The notes under the pieces: generated by a model
Databases searched by the model: none
What the model was told of the DNA's origin: nothing
What the model saw: only the letters and a program-made list of their open reading frames with translations
Assembly: GCA_004022145.1 (NCBI GenBank)
Contig: RCNU01000008.1
Strand: one strand, 5' to 3'
Source: Paecilomyces variotii
Taxonomy: Eukaryota
Length of the DNA stretch: 64,000 nucleotides
Part shown: positions 48,434 through 60,776 of the stretch, one piece after another
Layout of the letters: every line of letters starts with the position of its first letter
Position numbering within the stretch: the stretch's first letter is position 1
Made by a program: the position numbers and the translations under genes

Positions 48434-51225
48434 ACGATCATTCTATCCATGGGAGAAATGGCTTCATCTGGGACGTCTGGAGCTTGTTCTGAAGCTGATA
48501 TCGTTACTCCTTAGTTGCGATTAGCGGAAGCTCGAGGGCGGTGAGAGCTCACCGGGCTGGGATAAGCTTGGCTGACTCCAGCGTGTTTTGAAGGACGTAA
48601 TCAGATAATCATACTATCACAATAATGAAAGCAACATTGGAGGTGAGTGGAATGGAAGAAGCCAGCCGCTCAGTCTTCAGGTACTTCGCTAGCCTGGTTG
48701 ACAAGCTCCCAGGAGAATTCTCCAATCAAGGGGCCACATATTCATCTGTCATCTACAGCAGGAAGCATTGCATCGAGACGCTGTACTAATGGGCATGCGC
48801 AAAAGTCATCAAGCAGCCGTCTGGGTCTGGAACGAATCCGTCATGGAGAGGACTCGAAGATATTTTTGGGCGGTAGAACTTGGTAGAAATCTTCGTGTCT
48901 GCTGCCGCTGTCCTTGAACCCTATATTCTTTCGCACCTCGAGTTGATTCTTGTCAATAACATGCCCGGCCATTCATATCAGCTTTTCTATAGATCAACTA
49001 CGCAAGACACGAGACCAATAATAGAACATGTGACGTCAGATCATAGTATGCTTGACTGATCAAGATCGGTGTTGTCAGCATAACTGATAGACTTGGATAT
49101 CAGGATGTTGAGCCGGCTTTTCATTGCCATATCGAAGGCGTTCCTATCTCCCGGGAATCGTGGGTATAGCATTTCAAAACGCGTAGAACAACCCACATGC
49201 AGGAGCAAATGCCCTTTCTTGTGTCCACCTGCGTGTATTCTGTATTACTTGGTGATGCTGGCAAGCATTCTTGCCCAGTTATCTGCCTTTACAAGAAAGA
49301 TGATAACGGGCAAAACAATCAGGCTGTCACTCGTGAACCTAGCCAATGAGGATACTAGTCACACCCCAGTATCAGTATCTCGGATAGAAGCCCTGCTCGA
49401 AAATCAGGCTGACGGATATAGACGGGGGTGTTCGCACCGATTGCAAGCCACAAGGTGCGGGGAGCGCGGGAGCGGACCGAGGAACCAACAACCTAAACCC
49501 GCCCTCCGGTTCTCGGGCGCTTGAGAAGCAGTTCGTTGCCCTGGCGATGGAGATAGAAAAGAGGATCTAGAGTACGTACTGTTGATGTCTGCCAGGTTTG
49601 TCCGGTTTTACGGGGAAAAGAAGTACTCTAAGACGTGGCATCGTCCCTTTGGGGCTGATCCTTCGAGACGGTTGCACGAGCAGCGATGAACGGTGAGAGA
49701 TTGGGTCCCTTGAGTCGATCACATCATCATGTCTACCGCCAGTAATGTGGCCGCCGTCACGTTTAACGCAAGATAGAAGAAGAAAACACGGTTGCATCCG
49801 GATAGCGAACTTGACAATGCATCTTTCTCCCTCGATTCCGAGTCGTGCAGATCGAAGGACACTCGTGGGATGCATGAGACCAATCACGGAATTGAGGCAG
49901 ACATGGATGTCGTCCAGCCACAAAGTCGAGCCCTGCGTGGATGGCGCGTCCAAAGCTCCTGTAGATAGATATCTTTCGCAGAATAATCTGCACTGATCAT
50001 TGGCATCTCATATTCAGCCTGGTCGCCGTCGTCTCCTCAACAAGCACCGGAGCCTAGGTTTCTGCTTCATCGCTCGATGAGGAACTGGGATGATTCGTGT
50101 GTCGTTCTCAAAGGCCCACAGAGCTGAGGCGGAGTATCGAGAAAGTAGTAACCCATGATGGCGCCTGTGATGCAGCTCCCACGACGAAGAAAGGATGAGC
50201 ACGTTGTTGACGCTGTTTTCCAGCCTATCGCGGGCGTGGCGAAGTGGAAGCCAAAGCTTTTAGCGGGAAGTGAGCGCAAAGAGCAAAACCAAAACAAACA
50301 ACTGCTCACCGATAGACGGCAGACCCCAATAAATCAATGTAATTAGGCTCCAATATTTAGTTCGATCGCAGTAAAAGGACACCTGTAGTCTTGTAGTTTA
50401 TCCAGTAAGCTGTTCTAATAGCCCTGAGGACGCGTGCTTTGTAGGATACAGAGAGACTTCCCACGCGACGGGGAGGGGCGTCAAGGGACAGGGGAAGCGT
50501 GATAATGCTTGCTTGTTCCTATCACATCGCAAATCCGTAACATGATCAAGTATCAAGGCCGAGACTAGCAGCACAGGTAGATCCCGGCTTGCCGTGCAGC
50601 GTCAATTGAACGGTCACAGCCGTCCATTGAGGGCCGCGGGCGCCAAAAACTTTTAGAAGGGCAGCAGCTCGTCCATCGTGAGCTGTCACCACACCTCTTT
50701 TTCTACTGAACTCTCTCTCTGAATTCTGTCCCTTACCCATCCTCAGTCAATGGCTTTGATGTCAGTTGTAAGTACAAGCTCGTTACTGGTTGAATTCTTT
50801 GTCCCGCATACTTACCTCTTTATCTAGTAGTGTTATTAACGATCATCGCTGCATTTTTGGTCTGCATTGGGCCAGTGCACGTAACACCGTCTATCCAGTG
50901 CAGCGACCTCACTCCTCCGCACGACGACATCATTGCACTCCTCGCTTCCCCGCGTGTTGATAAGCATATCGGACCAAAATAACCTTATCTAGTCCTCTCT
51001 AGGACTTTTTAAGACTGATTCTGGGGATTCCAAGTGCTGGTGGCCACAGGCCCCGTGCCAGCCATGCTGGTCTGAACATGATCTCAGTCTATACAGAGAC
51101 TCGATCCTAGGAAAAGAGAAGGATCAAGCTCGAGGGCCGGAGACACTGCGTGAGCATCTAGCAGTTTTGGCACCGATTGCCATCTCCATCTACGAAAATC
51201 TGGAAAGCTACGATCTACAACGAGA

Positions 51226-53325
51226 ATGGATGGCCCCCCGCCTCCACCCCCACCGCCTCATGGCGCAAATCCAGGAACTACACATGGACAGTATCGGAAG
51301 TCCACAGACCTTCCGGAGGGACAATATGATATCTTTGTGATTCCTCCACACTCCGCGGGATCGGGATTTATCTACCTGCCATCTCTGCAATGCCATCGGA
51401 ATAGCTTTATTGCTGGTGCCGTCTCCACACTTTTCGTGGTGGTCTCATGGTGGTCTCTCGAGCCAATCGTAAGATCTTGGTTTGCGACAACAGTCGCCAG
51501 TGGTGGATTTGGCGTTATCCTACTTATCATTGCCGTTGGCTTCCTCGGGTGGCTCTGGGGTACGACACAGGCGGAGAGTGGCGGCTCCAAAAGCTTTCCA
51601 GGACGTGGTCCAGGTCCGGGCCCTGGTGGTTTTGGCCCTGGAAGTCCTGGAAGCGGCAGCGGCGCTGGTCAATCTTCTGGTGGTGGCGCCCATTATTCGA
51701 ATGGTCCCAATCAGGGGACATATCCAGGAGGTCAGAATTTCAACGGACAATTCCCTGGTGGCACGCCAAACCCCGGTGCGCAGTACGATGGAAAGCAACG
51801 TAGTGCCGGTCCCGAACCGACGAATGATCACAGTGCGTGGGAAAAGGCTCGCGAAGAACAAAGGAAGAAGGATGAATATGAGCGCTGGAAGCAAGCCGCA
51901 AAGAAGCGAAGAGAAGAGCAACTCAAGGAGCAACAGCGGAAGCGCGAAAAGGAAGCAAAGGAGCGAGAAGAAAGGGAGCGGAAAGAGAAGCTCGAGAAGG
52001 AGATTGCGGCGGCTAGGGAGGCAGCTCTCAAGGAAGCCAAGGAGAAGCTGGAGAGAGAAGTCGCAGAGGCCAAGGCCAAACTGGAGAGAGAGGCTGCTGA
52101 AGCAAAAGCCAAAGCGGAGAGAGAGGCTGCTGAAGCTAAAGCCAAAGCGGAGAGAGAGGCTGCTGAAGCTAAAGCCAAAGCAGAAAGAGAGGCCGCTGAA
52201 GCAAAAGCCAAAGCTGAAAGAGAGGCCGCAGAGGCTAAAGCCCGAGCAGAGAGAGAGGCTGCTGCAAAAGAAGCAGCGGCCAAAGAAGCAGCGAAGAGGG
52301 AGGCTGATGCGAAGTTCGCCGCCATGAAGGAAGCGGCCGCAAAGAAGGTCGCCGAACAGTTGGCCAGCGCAAAGAAGGCGACATCACCAGCTCCTGCGAC
52401 TCCTGCTGGAGGATCACCGACAAAAGCAACCCCCAAAGCAGCCCCAAAGACATCGACAACCTCTTCAACACCGCGAACACCATCACCCAAGAAACCTCCG
52501 CAGCCCACCGCCAAAACAGCAACTGAGATAGAGGATGATGCCTATTCCTTTCGTCCATACGATCGACCCCGACGACCATACGCAGCCTCGTCTGTATATT
52601 CGGAGTCTTCATACGCTCCATCTCAGTCCACCGCGAGGACGACTCCGCCACCATCTGTTCGAGGGACGTACTCCACCAAGGACCCCGATAAGATTGTGAT
52701 CAGGGGTGTATATACTTTCAATAATGCCTATATGAAGACCCCCATCTCGAAGTTAGTATCGGGAACAGGCTCAGTTACGGATGGTCTGATTTTACGCATC
52801 ACAACCGAAGGCTTGTTCGTCGATGATGATGTGAGAGGAGTCCCTGAACGCGAATGGGACGTCAAGGCCTGGACGATGAAACTGGTCGAGGTATGGTGTC
52901 CCCAGTTAAGCGCAAACTCAGCGGCCCCTCAGAGTCCTTCCAAGTCCAATCCCTTCCGTCGGAGTGCAGCGCGGACGATCCCTACTAGTGAGGAGTCCGA
53001 CGCGTTCCTTGCGAACCTGCTGAAGGTCTGCAAGAACACATGCCGTCTTGCCTCTGCTTCTGCTTGTTACAGCCAGAAAGGTAGCCATGTTGATCGAATG
53101 GATTCCGCACAGAGCTCCCAGATGCAGGGCTACCATGTTGTCCGCGCAAGCATCCGTGACCAGGAAGGCAAGAAGTACGTCTTTGTCCTGGAAGAAACTG
53201 AAGGATGGAAAGTCGCCATCGGACTGCAGCGCTTGCGACGAGGCAGTCAAGTCCGCGCGCTTGGCGTTGCCGGCCTGCCTCCCAACGAGATGAAAGCGAT
53301 CCTGAATAACCTTCAATACGTGTAA
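51226..53325 (+). CDS. Hypothetical protein: two N-terminal TM helices, Gly-rich linker, charged coiled-coil, C-terminal globular domain
   Basis: 699-aa uninterrupted ORF with a clear modular composition. Confidence 0.85.
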   Translation: MDGPPPPPPPPHGANPGTTHGQYRKSTDLPEGQYDIFVIPPHSAGSGFIYLPSLQCHRNSFIAGAVSTLFVVVSWWSLEPIVRSWFATTVASGGFGVILLIIAVGFLGWLWGTTQAESGGSKSFPGRGPGPGPGGFGPGSPGSGSGAGQSSGGGAHYSNGPNQGTYPGGQNFNGQFPGGTPNPGAQYDGKQRSAGPEPTNDHSAWEKAREEQRKKDEYERWKQAAKKRREEQLKEQQRKREKEAKEREERERKEKLEKEIAAAREAALKEAKEKLEREVAEAKAKLEREAAEAKAKAEREAAEAKAKAEREAAEAKAKAEREAAEAKAKAEREAAEAKARAEREAAAKEAAAKEAAKREADAKFAAMKEAAAKKVAEQLASAKKATSPAPATPAGGSPTKATPKAAPKTSTTSSTPRTPSPKKPPQPTAKTATEIEDDAYSFRPYDRPRRPYAASSVYSESSYAPSQSTARTTPPPSVRGTYSTKDPDKIVIRGVYTFNNAYMKTPISKLVSGTGSVTDGLILRITTEGLFVDDDVRGVPEREWDVKAWTMKLVEVWCPQLSANSAAPQSPSKSNPFRRSAARTIPTSEESDAFLANLLKVCKNTCRLASASACYSQKGSHVDRMDSAQSSQMQGYHVVRASIRDQEGKKYVFVLEETEGWKVAIGLQRLRRGSQVRALGVAGLPPNEMKAILNNLQYV
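52051..52248 (+). repeat. Coding 33-bp minisatellite x6 (EREAAEAKAKA)
   Basis: Six consecutive 33-nt units starting at 52051, 52084, 52117, 52150, 52183 and 52216, differing mostly at third codon positions. Confidence 0.9.
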
Positions 53326-54599
53326 ATCGGACTCCTTTTAGGCTGTGGGGTTGTGAGGTTCCTGGAGCGCTTTGATTCCTTTCGGCGTTCAGGTCCTGTG
53401 CACATTATCTCGAACCATCTGCTTCATTTGCTTCGCTCATCATACCCTGCATTCTCGCATCAATCATTAGCGATGGTGTTTGATTGCAACCACGAATGTG
53501 GTGGCAGTATTGAATTTAGTGTGAGGAAGCATCTTCTTGCATATTCTGTTAATACATCCCTGATTCTTTTGCACGTTGAAACTACCGGCCACTCTGTATG
53601 TCTGGGGTTTATGTCTTTCGTTATGAGCCTATTATGTTTTATGATATGATTCCCTGTTGATTCAGTTTGTTTCCATGTTGATTTATTCCCCCTAGCTACC
53701 TGGTTGTGTTCCCAGCCACTCTAGTAGCCCCCAGTGTACATAATGTCTTTTGCAGTGACCAACTATCATTCCCGAAAGAGATGATGGCCTTCAGGCCCAT
53801 ACCCATGCAAGCGTTTCACGTACTTAGCCATTTCCCAATAGATGTCCAGAAGAAAAATGCGGTAGTGTACTGTTGTTTGTTAATACCTGGGCCCCGTAAT
53901 GCAGTCGAACTATTTATTGTCAGAGAAAGATACCGAACAAGACGGCGAGGGATATGGTGGAGGAGCAAATAATACTAGTACCATGGCATGCTTCTCGACG
54001 CTCTCCGCGATCCCCAAACACACGCCGAGACATCGGAATGCGGCGGTGCCGATGACGTGCCTCATTCCGACCCGAGCTTCTTCTCCTTGACCTCACCATC
54101 TACTTAGTATCACAGCTCTCTTCTTGTTTTCTATCCATTTCGATGAATTCTTCCTTTCCCACCGCGCAGGTCCGTGGCGGAGAACTGTAGCTGGTCGTTT
54201 TATTCGGCTGCCTAAAACCAGCTCACCATCCAGACAATTCGATCTTAAGCCACACTCGGGGAAACCGTATCGCCTCATCGTCCATTGGTGCGAATAGTGC
54301 TGCCTGGCTCCTCGTGTTCATCGCATCACTGTACAACGCAATCACCCCTTCGGTGATAAATACTGTATATGCTTCACTACGTTTCTGTCTGATTGTCAAC
54401 ATTGCTGCTTCTTGTCTACCGCACTCTAGTGCAATCCAAATAACCAGGAATCAGTCGCATCGCCGTCACTAGGCTGTGAGAATTATTATAGTGTACAAGT
54501 CAAATAAGCTTATTGTATGTGCTACTGACCCGGATGCTGTGAGGTTTATTTAACGCACTAGACATCAGAGAATTCAATTTGACTGGGAGACTGCTTCAA

Positions 54600-56045
54600 A
54601 TGGCTCCCAGAGGATATACGCGATTGCATCGCTCCGTTGACGGAGACGATATCTCTATTCAAAGCTTCACGGAGCCAAGTGTCGTTGGGGAACAGCATGA
54701 CCTCGAGTCCAATTCAGGTGCAGAGGGCAGATCAGACTACACGCTCTCGTCTGAAGACACGAAGATTGATACTCCGTCTGGCAGCGAGAGGTCATCACTG
54801 ATGGGGGACCTCCCACCTCACTACGAAGACGTCATCCCTGATACTGTACCTGTAGCTATAGAGGAGAAACTTGATGGCGCGAAACTCTCAAGCTTGCGAT
54901 CTCATTACGAGCCTCGGGAGGCTCCCAGTGAGGGGTTCCCAGATGCGACAAACATTCGACAGCAGAAACGGAGGAGGTTCAGAAGAATCTGCTTGATTGT
55001 CTCTCTCAAGCTACTGGCACTTTCTACGCTTGTATTCTTCTTGCTTTCCTTTTCTGGTGTTTGTCGAATGGTAAGTCAAGCTGAATGTCCCGATGAGCTC
55101 GTATGATTCTTATATTGACTAACGCGGTTTCAGTGGCGTACTGGACACACCGGTAGCGCACCAGCAAAGGTGTCATCTGAGCGTGAAATAGTCATCAAGA
55201 AGGGCTCCGAGTCTATCTGGGGTCGCTGGCCACTCTATGACTTACTATCATTGTCTACCGACTCTGGTAGCATTACCGTGAACATCGACCCGCAACCTGC
55301 TGACCCGGAGCACCCGGACAAGCCGGCTCGCATCGTGCTCAAGAGCGTGTCCGGGTCCATCGTTGTGTCCTTCAGCTCACCACAGGCCGCTTCCATGCCA
55401 GAAGTGGACATGCAGATGGATGTGGACGAGCTGAAGGCAGCACCCGGAGATGATGCAGTTATCGACAAACACCGTGGGGGACATCGAAATGATGCCTCTT
55501 CCGGTCATCTCCCAGCTCGGCCTTATGAGCTGGAAATCCAGACCGTATCTGGAAGCATTTATGGCCGTTTCGTATTCTCCAAGAGTGCCAGCCTTCAGAC
55601 TGAAAGTGGCTCCATCAATGGAGTCCTAATTCCGGTCGTCTACGACGACCTACCTTCGAACATCTCGCTCAGCACAGCAACTGTAAGCGGCCACCATCAT
55701 ATCCGCGTAACGGAGCCGTTCCTCGTATCCAAATCTCATACCACGCCTCAGAAGCACAGACGCGTGGTGGACCATGCTACTGCTTCGCACATCAGCCATG
55801 GATCTGGAAACATCAACGTTGCGTATCCACCATCCTGGGCCGGCAATGTCAGTGCCTCATCGGGGTCAGGCAGTATCCACCTCCACGGTAAGGGTCTGAA
55901 GATCATCGAACAGAGCAGAGGCCACGCAGTCGGTACCAAGGAGCCTTCTGATGATCAGGAACCTAGATGGTGGGGAGGCCAGGGTGACATGAAGGTATCC
56001 GTGGGATCTGAGGGATCGGGATCTGTTAATTTCGTCGTTGGATGA
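54600..56045 (+). CDS. Type II single-pass membrane protein with a putative beta-solenoid (DUF4097/adhesin-like) lumenal domain
   Basis: ATG 54600; intron 55071-55133; KRRRFRR followed by a hydrophobic helix; repeated (T/S)xSGSI strands (STDSGSI, SVSGSI, TVSGSI, TESGSI, SGSGSI). Confidence 0.8.
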
Positions 56046-56274
56046 TTGAGAGGTTAGGAACATGCCTTCTTTTGTCATGACACTCAACACCTACTATTAT
56101 GAATGATACGCTTCAGCAGGGCTCATTACACCATGCCTTCTCGCCCTTGTAGTTTACATTTCCCGTCATTCATTAAGACCTTTGACTCGCCTCAATTCAT
56201 CATATTGATTCTAATATTCGTTCAACGCTGTTACAGCGCCAAAAACAAGTAAGTAAAGTACTATCCATCACGTC

Positions 56275-58599
56275 CTACTTCGCCGTATCAAGATCAATTT
56301 CCACCTTCTCTGCATGCAACGCCCTTCCTTCACGTTCCAAATCCTTCTCCCCAAGAGGAACACGGACGTCCTCCACATTATCCCCCTTGGCTCCCCAATG
56401 CTTAATCTCCTCGTCCATCTGGATATACTGTTCTGGTCGGTGGAGTTGTGTTGCCACTGCAGAAAAAGCACATCAAGTTAGTATCATGCATGGATAAATC
56501 ATCAAAATCCCCCCCCCCCCAAAAAAAATGAAGATAAGAAAAAAGGAATAAAACAACAATAACAAATAATCCTCAGGGAAAGCGCACCTTTATCCCACGC
56601 AACAACCAGCCCCGGATTACTCTCAAAATAACGATCGATATCCTCAAGGGTCCTGTTCGCCGTCTCCGGATAGAAGAGGTAAACGATAGGAATGAAGCTG
56701 AAGCAGATACAGGCCCAGATGATCCAGAAGCGCCAGCCGAGATTGGCGATGCCGGGGGGTGTTACTTGGACGACCATGTAGTTCTGTAGAAGGAGAAAGT
56801 TTGGGGTTAGGGTTTTATATACCTAATCTTGATGGGTGGATGGGATGGTATGTGTTTGGAAGAATGGTCGGATAAGGGATGGGGATTGGGATAGGGGAGA
56901 GATGCATGCATGCATACCATGATCCAATTCGCGGCTGAAGCGAGCGAGGAACCCTTTGTGCGCATTTCGAGAGCGTTGATTTCTGTTGGGTATAGCCTGT
57001 ATTTCGCTCTTAGTTCATCGTAGTTCCGATTCCAATATCAAAATACGAGAGGCAAAAAACTACTAAGTTAGTTACTGCACTTACCACGGCACACCCAAAA
57101 CACCCATTCCAAAACTCGCGAAAAAAACAAAGAAAAACGACACGGCCACAATACCCAATTTATACGGATCACCTTGTCCACTATCCGAAATCGCCAGACA
57201 GATAGCAATAATAACCCAACACATACAGCATGCTGCGGCAGAACACATGAAGATCCTTCGTCGGCCATAACGCTCGATAAAGAAGTATGCCATGCAGGAG
57301 AAGAAGAGGTAGTCGACGCTGCCTGCCGCAGCGAGGATGCGGGATAGGAGCTCGTTGATTTTCAGCGCGTTGATGAAGACGTAGGACATGTAGTAGCTGT
57401 TTTTTTTGTTTAGGGGGTGTTTGTTAGTTGGAGGGATGCTGTTTATGGTATGATATAATAAGGACTGGGTGGACGTACGATGTGATGTTGATTCCGGAGA
57501 GTTGATTCATGGATTGGATCCATGCGCCGAGGATCATTCGACGGAGAACGCCAGCGGGTCCTGTACATAGTGTATATAGATTAGAAATGATTCTAATAGT
57601 CATGATGAAAGATTGAAATCGAGGCAGGTATTATTAACTAACCTCGTCCCGTCAGTAACTGCCACCACGTATACGTGGTCATATGTTCACGGTCCAAAAT
57701 ATCCTTGATGATATTAAACTGCGCCTTGACAGATGGAGAAGTAACCGTCGCTCCATTACCCTCTAGCGCGGCAATGACCTCGAGAGCATCGTCATATTTG
57801 CCCTTTCGGATGAGCAGACGTGGAGAATCCGGGAGGAAAGGACAGAGACACCAGATCATAAGGCTGAAGAAGATCTGAAAGGCGAGTGGAAAGCGCCAGG
57901 CCACGCTGCCTTTGGCGAAGGAGAAGCCCAGTGTTAGCCAATTGGAAATAGAGAAGCCGGTAATGCAATTTGCCTGGTGAGAGAAGAGACGTGGTTAGCG
58001 GATATATGCTCTATTAATATAGTTTTGAAGGATAACTATAAAACGGTTCCATGAACCGATGCATCCACAACACAACCCAACTCACCATCTGAATTATAAC
58101 CAGCTTCCCACGACTCCTCATTTTACTCGTTTCAGCCTGCCAAACACCCGCCGTGGCGGTATTCATCCCCGTACCTACTCCCGCAACAACTCTTCCTACC
58201 ATCATCTGCGGCACGCCGTACGAAGCAGCCTGGATAGTCGCTCCCAGAGCAATAATGGTGCTTCCCAGCAGGATCTGTCGCGGACGACCAAAAACATCTC
58301 CTGTCCAGACAGTCGACATAGCACCCGCAAAACAGCCCAGGTTGTAGACGGATGTCATGGTGCTTTGCATGTTGGTCGAGGGATATCCCATTGTGCGGAG
58401 GAAGTCCTCGCCGATAATGACATTTCCGAACACTCCCTATATATATTATTATATGATCAGAGATGATTCGAGATGTACTCTGAGGTTTAGGAGATAAACG
58501 AACCTGGTCATAACCGTAGAAAACCAACACCGTCGACGCTGCGATGGAGATCCATACTGTCAATGCGGAACCACCACCACCGAGATATCTTCTCCCCAT
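56275..58599 (-). CDS. Sugar porter family MFS transporter (STL1/glycerol-polyol-like)
   Basis: Eight exons with seven GT-AG introns; FYGYDQG, FGRPR, WQAET, WRFP..FQ, PDSPR, QLSGIN, YGRR, WLYPTEI, YPET. Confidence 0.92.
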
Positions 58600-60776
58600 G
58601 GTGGGCTGGCGAAATACTAATTCGCGAATTTTATAGTAGATATCAAGAGCTGGACGCGATTGTAGTTCACCAAAAAAAAAAGGAATAGAAATAAACTCCT
58701 ACCCAAGGTATGCGCGCAACCCCTCTAATATAACTACGTTGTACAGTACAAGCTCTCAATCCCAGTCCGCAATAATGATTGCAGCAACGGTCATGCCCTG
58801 CACCATCCCCAAAATGAAAAAAAAGGCAAGGCTAGAAAGTAAACTACGAATTATACTCCCCCGCATTTCGCTTTCCATTGTTCAGTTTGTATCGAGAAAA
58901 TACCCCATCCGGGGAAAATGATCAGATCCGGGGAGGACCTATTAACATAGACCAAGCCCATTGCAGCGATAATCGAAGTAGATCACATCTTCCCCCACTA
59001 TTCTCCCCCACGGAACGACTTCAGGCTATATTAACTAGCAGGTTGAAGAGTTAGTGCGATTGAGTTCGTTTCTATTCAATTGATTCCAGACGGAAAAGCG
59101 GGGGAGGAATCGCTCTCATCCCGCATCAAGAAAGCCAGCCACAAGACTTGAGGAAGATACCCTTGTAGAAAGCTTCAGCCTGTAGCGTCAATGCGCACGC
59201 TCAAGTGTCTTGCCAGTCTGGGACAAATCGGACGAAGGCCGAGTTGAGCATTGGTTTGAGGGGAGAAGTAGTTCTTGTCCCTTTTCTGACCTTGGTCTCC
59301 TAAGTAGGTACCTAGTACTTACCTAGGTATTCAATGAGCTAGTTCAACTTGACATTTTTTCCATCTACCCCAGACAGCACGAGGCTCCACTGAGTAAATA
59401 CTACTCCATAGTCAATCGCCTGATGGACGATAAGTTAGGTGGTGATTATTTACCTTATACCGGACATTTTCACTTAGTTATGCCGAGGGATAAGTATACA
59501 GTAGCAGCAAACTAACCCCCTCGGCTCAGTAGCCGTGGTTGATACTTAAACCCCACGGAACATCGCCGACCATTCTCGGCTCAGGTTGTAGAGTATACTT
59601 AACTACTGTATTTGGTAGCGTCCTCATAAAGAGAGATAGATAGATAGAAAGATAGATCGCGATTCTTTGAAATATCTAGGATCGGAATACGAGATATTGG
59701 AGAGTGACGTGGAGTAGCTGCTTATGATGCCATTCTAGAACACTACGGGGTATTGATTGATCTAGAGTATTGACTACTTATGCGCCCAGGATCCTACTTA
59801 AGTGCAGGTGGCCCGCATGATAGTTACTATTCCGGCTAATTAATACTGTCTAAGACGCTGTCTCTCTGCGGAACGTCTTCTTTGATGAATATCTGGTCCG
59901 CAGGCATCATCGCATGTAAAATGACATACCCATTGTTTCGAGTATGACAGGCATGATGCAATCGGGCGTATAACATAGCGGATAGGTAGATCTATACTAC
60001 GTCCCGATGCGCAATCATCTCTACCGCGCAGAATGCAATGTTTTAAACATGAGAATGGAACGAGGACGTGAAGCCATCGAGAACGTTTTGAATTGAACTG
60101 CATGGATTATACCTGCAGGCAGTAGTATGGACTTTTGGATTTGATTTTCCCATCAGCAACGGGACAGTCACAGTAGCAAGAAAACAACTGGATACACCCC
60201 CACAGCGTTCAACTGGTAAGAACGATCATGATATGATAGGATATGATATGATGATGATGATGAAAATAAACACCTGATTTTCCCGCCTCTATGTGCATGA
60301 ACGGTACAGTGAGAAGGAGCCGCATGGGGTGATATCTCTCTATTGTTGAGTTTAGTTCGGGTTGCAGAAAAAAAAGAGAAGGGACCAAAAATGAAAACTG
60401 CACATGGTGATCACGTGACGCGTCGAATAATATGGCCCTGGGAAGAGGGAATCCAAAGGTGAAGATTGGGCGAGACAGAGAGAAGATGAGGACGGCAGTC
60501 ACAATGGACAAAGACTGGGAACGCCCAGAGCGAGTGAAAGGGACGTCTCCCTGTCGATGACCAGACGACTAGACGGAAAGGAAAAGGAAGAAAGAAAAAT
60601 AAGAAGCGCAGAAAAGAAGACATGACAGGAATGGAAAATAAGATTCAGCCTTTTCCGTAACCCATCGTCGTCATCATCATCTCTCATCATGCCATGGCCT
60701 TTGCCCCTTTCCACCGTCAAGGGCTTCGAACAGAACGTTTCAAGTCTCTTTCTGCACTCGTGGGTATCGGTATCAT

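Noticed and set aside
51828-52514. 228-aa Ala/Ser/Leu-rich antisense ORF
   Set aside because: A mirror of the 33-bp coding repeat on the plus strand, which lacks antisense stop codons.
56801-56815. Telomere-like TTAGGG sequence
   Set aside because: A single copy that corresponds to the CCCTAAC branch point of a sugar-transporter intron.
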